Assembly: GCA_964519305.1 (NCBI GenBank)
Contig: CAZFHY010000011.1
Location: forward strand, 1 to 64,000
DNA: 64,000 bases
Direction of reading: 5' to 3'
DNA from: Candidatus Undinarchaeota archaeon
GTDB lineage: Archaea > SpSt-1190 > JASMDC01
Part shown: one piece after another, positions 55,693 through 64,000 of the stretch
How positions within the stretch are numbered: the first letter of the stretch is position 1
How the letters are laid out: every line of letters begins with the position of its first letter
Notes under the pieces: generated by a model
The model's database searches: none
Seen by the model: the letters and a program-made list of their open reading frames with translations, nothing else
What the model was told of the DNA's origin: nothing
Translations under genes and position numbers: made by a program

Positions 55693-56604
55693 TCACTCAA
55701 GGGAGACGGCCAGGTCCTTCTTCTCCAGCTCTTCCTTCCGCCCCAGGGCTTCCTGGACCGTTGTCAGCAGGTCGTCCATGGACTCAAGATGCTGTTCCTG
55801 CTGCTTCTCCAGACGCTCCACCTGCTCGAGCCGACGGACGAGGGATTTCTCGATGTTGATGATACGCCCATCCAGGAGCGCGAACTCCTTGCGCATGGTC
55901 TCCTCCCAGTCGTGGAGCCTGTCGTTCACACGGCCCTCGATACCGGTCATGGTCTCCTCAAGCTTGCCCACCCGGCTCTTAAGGGCCACCATATCGGCCT
56001 TCAGTTCGCTCGACCGGTCGCCGGACACGTGCTCTAGTCGCTCGGTGAGCTCCTCCAGAAGCTTCAAGCGGGTCTCCAGCTCGATTATGTGCTCCTCATG
56101 CGGGCCGGGCGATTCCTCTAGGTGCCTGATCCGGCCTTCCAGAGCGAGGCCGCTCTTCTGGAGGGCGAGCACACCATCGTTCATCTCCTTGAGGTGGCGG
56201 TCAACGGCACTGGACGAGCGCTCCACGGTAGTGGCCAGATCGACCACCTTGCCGATGGTATCCTCCAGGAAGGTGCGGTCCTTGGTGAACTTCTCCATCT
56301 CACCTGCAAGGAGCTCCACACGACGCACCTCTGACTTGATCTGCTGTCGCAGGTCGTCGGAGCGTTCAGTCAGCTCGACAAGTCGCTCGACCTCGTCAAC
56401 GACCTTCATGCCCTCGACGCGCTCCATGCGCTGGAACATGCGCTTCTCGATGTCGGTGACGTGGCCGCGAAGGGTATCGAGCTCTTCACGCGCCTCTAGG
56501 ACGTCCTTCTTGGGAGATAGCTCGGCGAAACGGCGTCGACAGAGCTTTGACAGCTCTGTGAGGTGGGTGTTCAATACCTCAAGCTCTTCCTCAACGTTGG
56601 TCAT
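55693..56604 (-). CDS. All-coiled-coil cytoplasmic protein
   Basis: 303 aa of E/K/R/L heptads; RBS GAGGAGTGA; AATATAA upstream. Confidence 0.8.
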   Translation of the reverse strand: MTNVEEELEVLNTHLTELSKLCRRRFAELSPKKDVLEAREELDTLRGHVTDIEKRMFQRMERVEGMKVVDEVERLVELTERSDDLRQQIKSEVRRVELLAGEMEKFTKDRTFLEDTIGKVVDLATTVERSSSAVDRHLKEMNDGVLALQKSGLALEGRIRHLEESPGPHEEHIIELETRLKLLEELTERLEHVSGDRSSELKADMVALKSRVGKLEETMTGIEGRVNDRLHDWEETMRKEFALLDGRIINIEKSLVRRLEQVERLEKQQEQHLESMDDLLTTVQEALGRKEELEKKDLAVSLE

Positions 56605-56746
56605 CGCGCTATCACTCCTCTAGCCCTATCCCATGGGGTGCCGTCTTCCTTTATATTTTCGTTGATTTCCCGGACCTGGGTACCGGCATCGCACGCCCCA
56701 TACATAGTTATTTGAGCATTGACCGGATGATGGGGGGGGAACGGCC

Positions 56747-58066
56747 GTGGTACCTGCACGTCAGAGCGACCTGTTCACTTGGGGGCCCGAGAGTGCACCC
56801 GCCTCTCATGATGATAATTCTAGCCCGATGACCGGCTCTGACAGCACCCCCACATCCCCTCCGAAAGAGGAGAACGTGATCTCTGTAACAGAGCTCACCG
56901 CCCGCATCAAGGGTCTTATCGAGCGGGATAGCGCGCTCGCTGACCTCCGCGTGCGGGGCGAGCTCTTGGGTGTAAAGGAACACTCCAGTGGCCACTGGTA
57001 TTTCACACTGAAGGATGAGGATGCCGTTGTCAGCTGCGTCATGTGGAGGAGCAGTGCTTCAAAGCTGCGATTCACTCCGGAGGACGGACTGGAGGTGGTG
57101 GTCCGCGGGCACATATCTGTCTATGAACGACGTGGTCAGTACCAGCTCTACGTGCGGTCCTTGGAGCCTGCGGGGAAGGGCGGGCTGTACGAGGCCTTCG
57201 AGCGGCTCAAGCGTCGCCTTGAGACCGAGGGATTGTTCGCCCCTGAGCGCAAGCGGCCCCTTCCAGAGTTCCCCCGGCGGATCGGGGTAGTGACGTCCCC
57301 GACCGGCGCCGCTGTACGCGACATAATCAACGTGCTGGGCCGGCGCTGGCCCCTGACGAGCGTCCTTCTGGCCCCTGCGAAGGTACAGGGGGAGGGCGCT
57401 GCAGAAGAGGTGGCGGCGGCAATAACCCGGTTGAGCGAGCGCGATGACATCGACGTGCTCATAGTGGGGCGCGGGGGCGGCTCACTTGAGGACCTGTGGG
57501 CGTTCAATGAGGAGGTAGTAGCAAGGGCCATCGCTCAGAGCTCTGTCCCGGTCATATCTGCAGTGGGTCACGAGACAGACTTCACCATTGCCGACTTCGT
57601 GGCGGACGAGCGCGCCCCTACTCCCTCGGCAGCCGCGGAGGTGGCCGTACCGGACCAGACCGGAATGGCCCAGAGCGTGAGCGAGCTTGGAGGGCGATGC
57701 GCGGCCAGTGTCCGGGGACGGCTCGGTCAGGGGCGTAGCGCGATGGCTTTGGCAGTTCAAGCGCTTCATGCCCGCGATCCTCGTCGACGCATCGAACAGG
57801 TGCGACAGACCGTCGACATGCTCACGATGACCCTCACTAACGCCATAATCACATACATTGCAGAGGGGAGGAGCTCCCTTGAGCGGACCGCTGGACGCCT
57901 TGAGGCCCTCGATCCCAATGCAGTCCTTCAACGCGGTTACTCGATCACATTAGCTGGTGAGATGATCGTTCGAGATGCGACAAGCCTCGCACCCGGCGAT
58001 GCTGTTCGCACCATACTTGCCCGGGGTGCTGTTACATCACGGGTGGAAAACGTCGAAGATGAATGA
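56747..58066 (+). CDS. xseA: Exodeoxyribonuclease VII large subunit
   Basis: SVTEL, V.GE, SGHWYFTLKD, G.YQL, IGVVTSPTGAAVRD, VQG, RGGGSLEDLWAFNEE, VGHETD, TPSAAAE, L.RGYS. Confidence 0.96.
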   Translation: MVPARQSDLFTWGPESAPASHDDNSSPMTGSDSTPTSPPKEENVISVTELTARIKGLIERDSALADLRVRGELLGVKEHSSGHWYFTLKDEDAVVSCVMWRSSASKLRFTPEDGLEVVVRGHISVYERRGQYQLYVRSLEPAGKGGLYEAFERLKRRLETEGLFAPERKRPLPEFPRRIGVVTSPTGAAVRDIINVLGRRWPLTSVLLAPAKVQGEGAAEEVAAAITRLSERDDIDVLIVGRGGGSLEDLWAFNEEVVARAIAQSSVPVISAVGHETDFTIADFVADERAPTPSAAAEVAVPDQTGMAQSVSELGGRCAASVRGRLGQGRSAMALAVQALHARDPRRRIEQVRQTVDMLTMTLTNAIITYIAEGRSSLERTAGRLEALDPNAVLQRGYSITLAGEMIVRDATSLAPGDAVRTILARGAVTSRVENVEDE

Positions 58067-58352
58067 TAGGGAAGTGATGCTTATGACCGATGACACCACA
58101 ACAGACGAAAGAGATGATGCTGGCCAGGGGAAGGACTTCGAGTCGGCATTGATACGTCTCAAGGAGGTGACCATGACTCTCGAAGGGGGCGACCTCAGCC
58201 TGGAGGAGTCCATGCGTCTCTTCGAGGAGGGGATGCGCTTGGCCGCTCAATGCTCCAAGAGATTGGATAAAGCAGAGCAGCGAGTGGAGGCTTTAGTGGC
58301 CGGTAAGGACGGTGACCGGACGGAACCCTTCGCACCAATGGAAGAGCCTTGA
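58059..58352 (+). CDS. xseB: Exodeoxyribonuclease VII small subunit
   Basis: FESAL..L..V...LEGG.LSLEES...FEEG..L...C...L..AEQRV. Confidence 0.93.
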   Translation: MNDREVMLMTDDTTTDERDDAGQGKDFESALIRLKEVTMTLEGGDLSLEESMRLFEEGMRLAAQCSKRLDKAEQRVEALVAGKDGDRTEPFAPMEEP

Positions 58353-58355
58353 GGA

Positions 58356-58853
58356 TTATCCTTTGAGCACATGATAGACCAGATGGGCCATCTCGGAGGA
58401 TGCCAGGCGTGCACCAAGTGTGGCCGCCTTTGGCGAACCGGGTACACAGAACACAGCCCGCCCCTCCACAACTCCCGCCGTTGCTCGTGAGAGGAACGCG
58501 GCAGTTCCTACCTGCTCTACAGAACGGGCACGGAATAGTTCTCCGAACCCCGGTAACGTCTTGTCAAGTAGAGGCTCCACGGTCTCGATTGTGATGTCAC
58601 GAGGTCCGACGCCCGTCCCTCCCGTGCAGAAAACGACGTCCACGTCCTTCTCCTGAACCACCGAGCGTATGGCGGCGGGATCGTCGGGGACCACCCGTAC
58701 CTCTACAACCGTTATTCCCGCACGCTCCAGCTCATCCCTGGCGGCAGGGCCTGACCGGTCCTCGCGTTCGCCGCTGTGGCACCTGTCGCTCACGGTGACG
58801 ATCCGGGCCTTTACGGGGCGGTCGTCAGGGGGTCTGTGGTGATGGTCACTCAC
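58356..58853 (-). CDS. moaB: Molybdopterin adenylyltransferase MoaB/Mog
   Basis: TVSD, D.SGP, VVPDD, TGGTG.GPRD.T.E, PGFGE, LSRA.AG, PGSP. Confidence 0.92.
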   Translation of the reverse strand: MSDHHHRPPDDRPVKARIVTVSDRCHSGEREDRSGPAARDELERAGITVVEVRVVPDDPAAIRSVVQEKDVDVVFCTGGTGVGPRDITIETVEPLLDKTLPGFGELFRARSVEQVGTAAFLSRATAGVVEGRAVFCVPGSPKAATLGARLASSEMAHLVYHVLKG

Positions 58854-59295
58854 GAGGACCACCCTTTATCTTGTCCTCTACCAAGATATCAGCGATGCGT
58901 GTCGACGGGTACTGACCATCTTCATCCTTCTCGTAGGCCTTGGTCATGTCCCATACGGCAAGTAGGGCGGCGGAAACCCCTGTGAGCGCCTCCATCTCCA
59001 CACCGGTGCGCGCCCGACTCTTGACTGTAACGGTGCACACGATTGCCTCCTCACCAAGGTCCCAGTCGACATCCACCCGCTCGATCGGGAGGGGATGGCA
59101 CAGGGGCACGATGCGCGGAGTATCCTTGACGGCGAGAACCGCGGCAACTCGTGCAGTGGCCAGGACATCACCCTTGGCGGCCCTGCCCTCCCTGACCAGT
59201 GTGATGGTCCCGGGGCTGAGCAGGATGCGACCTGAGGCCCGTGCGGTGCGCGGTACGACCGGTTTCTCGGATACGTCGACCATGGCGGTTCCCAT
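58846..59295 (-). CDS. moaC: Cyclic pyranopterin monophosphate synthase
   Basis: MVDVSEK, KGDVL, PLCHPL, TGVEMEALT, WDMTK. Confidence 0.96.
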   Translation of the reverse strand: MGTAMVDVSEKPVVPRTARASGRILLSPGTITLVREGRAAKGDVLATARVAAVLAVKDTPRIVPLCHPLPIERVDVDWDLGEEAIVCTVTVKSRARTGVEMEALTGVSAALLAVWDMTKAYEKDEDGQYPSTRIADILVEDKIKGGPRE

Positions 59296-59301
59296 TATTC
59301 A

Positions 59302-60219
59302 TCACCTGAAATAAGGTTCACGGGCAACGATGGCCCGCTCGAACGCCTGCTTGCAGGCGTCGATATCGTCAGCTCGAAGGGGGGTGAGGATATCTATGAG
59401 GTTGTCCCTGCGCATGAGGCAGGGCTTGAGATGGCCGTCAGCTGTGAGGCGGAGCCTCGAGCAGTTTGCGCAGAAGGTGTTGTTGTGCATGCTGCGGACC
59501 ACCTCTACGGTGAGGCCGCCGGACAGATTGTACTTGGTCCTGGCATGAAGGCTGCGCCTGATGATCAAGTCCGCTTCACGCGAGAGGCGCTCCTCGAGAG
59601 GGGCAGCAGAGACCACGGCACCTCCGTAAGCGTCGCAGGGGAGGTTCGTGTCCACGAGCTCGATGACCTGGAGGATGGCTCCGGAGTCCCGCGCGTAGTC
59701 CATGAGCCGGTCGAGCTCATGAGCGTTCCTGTTGGTGAGCACGAAGTTGAGCTTCACCGGGGAAAGGTGCTCAATTGCCTCATCAAGACCCGTTAGTACC
59801 TGTTCGAGGGTTCCCACGCCGGTCATTTCCTGATACAATGCGGGGTCCAGGGTGTCCAGAGAGACGTTCACGCGGTCCAGACCGGCCGCAGCGAGCTCCG
59901 AAGCCTGTTCGGCGAGCAGTACTCCATTAGTGGTCATGGATATATTACCTATACCCTCGATAGCGCGGACGGCGGCCACGACGTCGCGGATGTCCTTCCG
60001 CACCAGGGGCTCACCGCCGGTGAGCTTCACGGAACCCACCCCGAATCCTGTGCCCACCCGCACGATGGTGCCGATCTCTTCAGGCGTCATCTCGACGCCG
60101 GCCCCGGTGTCGCTCCCCTCGCGGTGGCAGTAGTCGCACCGGAGGTTGCATCGCTCCGTCACAGAGATACGCAACCCCTTCACCGGTCGACCGTGGGGAT
60201 CGAGCATGGGGCAGACCAT
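59302..60219 (-). CDS. moaA: GTP 3',8-cyclase
   Basis: LRISVTERCNLRCDYC, TGGEPL, TTNG, NVSLD, FCANCSRLRLT.DG.LKPCL. Confidence 0.96.
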   Translation of the reverse strand: MVCPMLDPHGRPVKGLRISVTERCNLRCDYCHREGSDTGAGVEMTPEEIGTIVRVGTGFGVGSVKLTGGEPLVRKDIRDVVAAVRAIEGIGNISMTTNGVLLAEQASELAAAGLDRVNVSLDTLDPALYQEMTGVGTLEQVLTGLDEAIEHLSPVKLNFVLTNRNAHELDRLMDYARDSGAILQVIELVDTNLPCDAYGGAVVSAAPLEERLSREADLIIRRSLHARTKYNLSGGLTVEVVRSMHNNTFCANCSRLRLTADGHLKPCLMRRDNLIDILTPLRADDIDACKQAFERAIVAREPYFR

Positions 60220-60230
60220 GACCGTGGTAG

Positions 60231-60989
60231 TTAAAAATCCTTTCCTGCGCGACCGTGGGCGGCCTGCTTGAAGGCAACAGCGAGGTCGGGATCCACCCGG
60301 CCACCCCGCTTCAGTGCGGAAGCGACGATTACTCCGTCAGCATGCCCGAGCAGCCCTGAGATCGCGTCCACCGTCGCACCGCTACCGATCAGCACCGGCA
60401 CATCAACGACCGCACGTACGCGCTCGAGATCGTCCGGATCCGGAGCAGCACCTGTGGCCGGCCCGGAGACGATGAGAGCATCGGCCATGCCGCGGCCCAC
60501 GGCATCGCGCGCCTCATCCTCGAGAGAGGGTGCCAGGGAGCGGGCGTGCTTGACATGCACATCGGCGTATACCTTAACATCGCTACCAAGGAGGTGCTTG
60601 AGTCGCTGGACACGGTCCGCGCACCCGTTCACAGTACCTTGGTCACACACGGCCGCGTACACGTAGACGTTGACGCGTATGAACTTGGCGCCGGTAGCGG
60701 TGGCGATCGCAATGGCTGCTTCCGCGTCGTTGCGCAGTACGTTCACTCCGAAAGGGATCTCTAGACCCTCGGCGGCCCGTGTGATCACTGCGGTCATGGA
60801 GGCGACGGTGGTCTTCGAGGAGGTCGGTTCGAACGGTACGTCGTTGAAGTTCTCGAACACCACACAATCGAAACCCGCGTTAGCGAAGGCCTTCGCATCT
60901 AGCCGCGCATTACGCACCACGGTGTCCATGTCCCCCTTCCACCGGGGGCTTCCCGGGAGCGGGTCCAGATGAACTGCGCCAATGAGCAT
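60231..60989 (-). CDS. BtpA/SgcQ family protein
   Basis: IG.VHL.PLPGSP, ENF.D.PF, GVNVLRND, FIRVN, ADVHVKH, AD.LIVSG..TG, GSG. Confidence 0.92.
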   Translation of the reverse strand: MLIGAVHLDPLPGSPRWKGDMDTVVRNARLDAKAFANAGFDCVVFENFNDVPFEPTSSKTTVASMTAVITRAAEGLEIPFGVNVLRNDAEAAIAIATATGAKFIRVNVYVYAAVCDQGTVNGCADRVQRLKHLLGSDVKVYADVHVKHARSLAPSLEDEARDAVGRGMADALIVSGPATGAAPDPDDLERVRAVVDVPVLIGSGATVDAISGLLGHADGVIVASALKRGGRVDPDLAVAFKQAAHGRAGKDF

Positions 60990-61045
60990 GATGCGCGCGG
61001 AAACAAAACACACATAAATATTACTGGCAGAACCGGAGTAAAAGA

Positions 61046-61119
61046 GGGCCTGTAGTCTAGATGGTTATGATGCTGCCTTGACAAGGCAGAGGTCCGGAGT
61101 TCAAATCTCCGCGGGCCCA
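61046..61119 (+). tRNA. tRNA-Val (anticodon GAC)
   Basis: GGGCCTGTAGTCTAGATGGTTATGATGCTGCCTTGACAAGGCAGAGGTCCGGAGTTCAAATCTCCGCGGGCCCA; no encoded CCA; ATAAATA about 29 nt upstream. Confidence 0.96.
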
Positions 61120-61123
61120 TTCA

Positions 61124-61148
61124 CGGGAGGGGCCGATCGTCCCTCCCG
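61124..61148. terminator. Hairpin between the tRNA-Val and the convergent gene
   Basis: CGGGAGGGGC-cgatc-GTCCCTCCCG, a 10-bp stem. Confidence 0.45.
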
Positions 61149-61163
61149 AATCCTGCTCCCCAG

Positions 61164-64000
61164 CTATGGGTGGAATCCTCGGTAGTCGAGGTCCTCTTCC
61201 TCCTCTGTCTTCTTTGCCTTTGCTTTGGGGGCCGGGGCCTCGCTACCGGGGTGCAGCCCCTTCCCGGCTGTGCTCGGTCCTGACACTGAACCCGGGTGCA
61301 GCCCTGAGGCCGCGTCGCTAAGCTCTTCCTTGGGCTCCTCCTTCTTTGGGGGAGGCGCTGTTTGTTGGGTCGGCGCTTGCGTGACCTGTCCCTGCCCCCA
61401 ACCGCCAGCCTGTCCGCCCCACTGCATGTTGTTCGCGGGCGTAGCGCGCCACGCGCCGCTCTGACCGTAGTACCCACCGCCGCCATAGTACTGGTTGGCC
61501 ATGTAGTTACCCTGCTGTTGCTGCTGCCACGCAGCCGCGGTCGAAACGGGGATCGCCTTTCCAGGGAAGAACCGCCGTTTGACGGCCAGGAATAGAGCAC
61601 CGATGATAACGATGACCTCGATGAAGTCCTTGATATTGGCCAGCACGCCGATCTGCTCGAGCACCGATTCCTGCTCGACCGTTACAACGACTTTGCGGAT
61701 GATCGTCTTGTTGGGCAATCCGCGCGGGATAGCGTTGATGATGAGCACGTGACTTCCGGGGATCTGCCCTTGCACATCAACTGACAGAGGGAAGGTGGCG
61801 TTCACGTCGATGTTCACCTTAAGACGCTTGATCCACGCAAGACCGACCATGGTGGGATCGCTCTCAAGAGTGATGTCGAAGGCATCGCGCAGGGAACCCG
61901 TGTTCTTCACGGTGAAGGAGAGGAGCTTGGTCTGCTTTTCTATCATATCGATGGTCGGCTCGCTCTCGATCTCCGCATCACAGATGCAGTCGGCCGAGTT
62001 GCGGCAGTTCTCACCGATACCGGGGGCGCACCTCCGGTCGATACAGTCATCGGGTGTACAGTCGACACGACAGGACTCGCACTCCGTCGCAGCCTCGCAC
62101 TCACCGTCACCGCATCCTCCACGACAGGAGTTGGTCTCGGGATCGCACTTCTGGTCGCCGGGGCACTCACAATCGACGCAGCATGTCCCTGCGGTCTCGT
62201 CAGGGCTGTCACAAAAAGTGTCGCCGCACGCGACCCGATAGCACCCGATCTCGTTGGACTCGGGGCGCTGTGCATCACATGTGAATCCTGGCATGCACGA
62301 ACAGTCCTTTGGCGCGATAGCACAGTTTTCGCCCATCGATGTGTCGCACACACCGTTGTTGAGGCAATCCTTGATAGAGCAATCCTGAGGACATTGGCCG
62401 CACTCGTTCTGGCATTTACCATCACCGCACTCGGCCTTGGCGCACTTCTGGGAATGGTCGCATGTGTATCCTTTCTCGCACATGCCCTCGCAGAAACAGT
62501 CCCCACCTCCGCTGCTACGTACCATGCATTCGCTATCCCCATCGCACACTCCCGTTTCACATGCCGAGCCACAATCGCTCCCCTCGTAGATGCACTGGCC
62601 AAGGATGCACCGGTCAACGGAGCAGGGATTCCCGTCATCGCATCCGCAGTCCTCAGGGCAGGTATTGCAATCCTCAGTGGCCTCGCATACCTCATTGGGG
62701 CACTCGGCCGTACATGCATTGGTAGGGTCCGTGGGGCAGGGGTCCTCTGAGTCGGGCATCCCGTCCATATCGCGATCGGGCAGACAACGGTCATCGGCGC
62801 ATATGTAGGTGAACTCGAAGGCGGTCTTGCATGCCTTGTTCGAATCGGTCATGTTCCCGCACCGCACGCACCGGGCTGCAGGATCGCAGATGAGCCCCAT
62901 CTCGGCACAGGATACCTCGGTACCGGGAGTGCATACCGAGATCTGGCACGAGAACTCAATGTGTGCGTTCTGGTGGCACATGTCCGTGCAGTCTTTGTCC
63001 CCCTGGCAGGGCTTGCACGCGTTCTTTGGATCGCGCGGGCAGGGGTCCTTGTCATCAGCGAACTCGTCATTGTCGTAGTCGGGCGCGCACCCATGCTCCC
63101 AAGTGGTGGTGGGATCGCACGTCTCCGTTTCTTTGCACTGACAGTCCTGAGGGCAGTCGTTGCAGTCCTCTCCCTCGTCGCACTTACCGTTACCGCACAG
63201 CATCTCGCAGCGGCCGGCCTTGCACCCGAACTCCGTACCGTATGTGAGCGTGCAGTTGACGTCCGACGTACAGGCCACGCATCCCTTCCGGGTGCAGATC
63301 CCGCCCTCGCTCTTGCAGTCCTGCTCAGGCTTGTCCTGGCATACGTAGTTGTCGCAGGACTGGCCCCGGTAGATGTTCTGCTCGCACGTGTACGGGCAGT
63401 TCTCGTCCTTGAAGCATTTGGCGACCTTGCACCCCAGCGTCTGGAAGTCGCAGGCATAGTTCGCACCGTACTGTGCCTGACACTGCTCGGTTGAGATGCA
63501 CTGGAGGCAGCCCGTGGGCAGCTGACAGATCTGGTTGGACCCGCCGGTGGAGCAATCCTGGATGTCGGCACCCAGGATTTCGCACTTGTGGTTCTGACAG
63601 GTGTAGTTGAGGAAGGAGTAACGCTGGCACTGGTCCTCGCAATGGGTATCGTCCAAGCACTCCACACATCCGCGCTCAGCATTGCACTGGAAGAGGATCT
63701 CCGAGCAGTCCGACGACACCGCTTCACACAGACCGGTATGACATGTGTAGTTTAGGAAGGTGCGACTACCGCCGCCACCGCACTGATTGGCGCACGGCGG
63801 ATTCGTTGCCTGGCAGTCACCCACCTCATTGCACTTACCCGGAGCGTCGCTGTCACAGCAGATACTACCGAAGGAGTTGCAGGTGAGATCACCAGAACCA
63901 AGATTGCACCCTACGTTCCCGCCGCAGTCGAGGCGCCCGCAGTCCTTGCCAGGGAAGAAACCGGGACGCGGCGAGATGCACTGGCCCTTGCAGCAGAAGC
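61164..64000 (-). CDS. Very Cys-rich single-pass surface protein (partial; start lies beyond the right edge)
   Basis: The frame stays open from 63824 to the window end (FCCKGQCISPRPG...). Contains CxxDxxC and CGDGxC..E.C..CP.DC repeats, two D.DxDxxxDxxDPCP.DP TSP3-like units, an Ig-like domain, a TM and a Q/G/Y-rich tail. Confidence 0.88.
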   Translation of the reverse strand, partial: FCCKGQCISPRPGFFPGKDCGRLDCGGNVGCNLGSGDLTCNSFGSICCDSDAPGKCNEVGDCQATNPPCANQCGGGGSRTFLNYTCHTGLCEAVSSDCSEILFQCNAERGCVECLDDTHCEDQCQRYSFLNYTCQNHKCEILGADIQDCSTGGSNQICQLPTGCLQCISTEQCQAQYGANYACDFQTLGCKVAKCFKDENCPYTCEQNIYRGQSCDNYVCQDKPEQDCKSEGGICTRKGCVACTSDVNCTLTYGTEFGCKAGRCEMLCGNGKCDEGEDCNDCPQDCQCKETETCDPTTTWEHGCAPDYDNDEFADDKDPCPRDPKNACKPCQGDKDCTDMCHQNAHIEFSCQISVCTPGTEVSCAEMGLICDPAARCVRCGNMTDSNKACKTAFEFTYICADDRCLPDRDMDGMPDSEDPCPTDPTNACTAECPNEVCEATEDCNTCPEDCGCDDGNPCSVDRCILGQCIYEGSDCGSACETGVCDGDSECMVRSSGGGDCFCEGMCEKGYTCDHSQKCAKAECGDGKCQNECGQCPQDCSIKDCLNNGVCDTSMGENCAIAPKDCSCMPGFTCDAQRPESNEIGCYRVACGDTFCDSPDETAGTCCVDCECPGDQKCDPETNSCRGGCGDGECEAATECESCRVDCTPDDCIDRRCAPGIGENCRNSADCICDAEIESEPTIDMIEKQTKLLSFTVKNTGSLRDAFDITLESDPTMVGLAWIKRLKVNIDVNATFPLSVDVQGQIPGSHVLIINAIPRGLPNKTIIRKVVVTVEQESVLEQIGVLANIKDFIEVIVIIGALFLAVKRRFFPGKAIPVSTAAAWQQQQQGNYMANQYYGGGGYYGQSGAWRATPANNMQWGGQAGGWGQGQVTQAPTQQTAPPPKKEEPKEELSDAASGLHPGSVSGPSTAGKGLHPGSEAPAPKAKAKKTEEEEDLDYRGFHP

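Noticed and set aside
55778-56623. 281-aa Ser/Arg-rich + strand ORF
   Set aside because: Antisense shadow of the coiled-coil gene.
53239-61119. Segment between two tRNAs as an integrated element
   Set aside because: No integrase and no duplicated tRNA 3' end seen; the content is housekeeping (moa, xse, btpA).
61164-64000. Left-edge and right-edge Cys-rich partial genes being one gene on a circular element
   Set aside because: The window is an arbitrary cut of chromosome-like DNA; the repeat types differ and there is no terminal overlap.

Overview
High-GC archaeal chromosomal DNA. Evidence: TATA/BRE-type promoters about 25-30 nt upstream of often leaderless genes, two tRNA genes without encoded CCA, class III (type IV pilin-like) signal peptides, and cofC/cofD/cofG/cofH. 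About half of the window encodes cell-surface proteins: a 19-gene array of pilin-like proteins (3743-14501), a 2820-aa Kazal/Ca-repeat/Ig-like surface giant, and several large Cys-rich secreted or membrane-anchored proteins, two of which run off the window ends. The rest is metabolic/housekeeping: F420 biosynthesis with a stand-alone nitroreductase, moaA/moaC/moaB, xseAB, phosphohexomutase, MIPS-like, an unusual carbamoyltransferase, a UbiA prenyltransferase, FKBP, YjbQ, BtpA, tRNA-Ala(CGC) and tRNA-Val(GAC). Best candidates for something undescribed: (1) the pilin array, with paralogues sharing a C-x3-C-x9-C signature and one member carrying a ~280-aa inserted Gly/Ala/Lys-rich domain; (2) a circularly permuted 2,3-BPG-independent phosphoglycerate mutase divergent from a degenerate PEP-synthase-like gene; (3) an XseA with an N-terminal clamp-binding-like motif; (4) an FbiE-like reductase suggesting a PEP route to F420. 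No CRISPR array, transposase, integrase or rRNA was seen. All family calls come from reading motifs by eye; no database search was run, and several start codons were re-chosen from RBS/TATA context.
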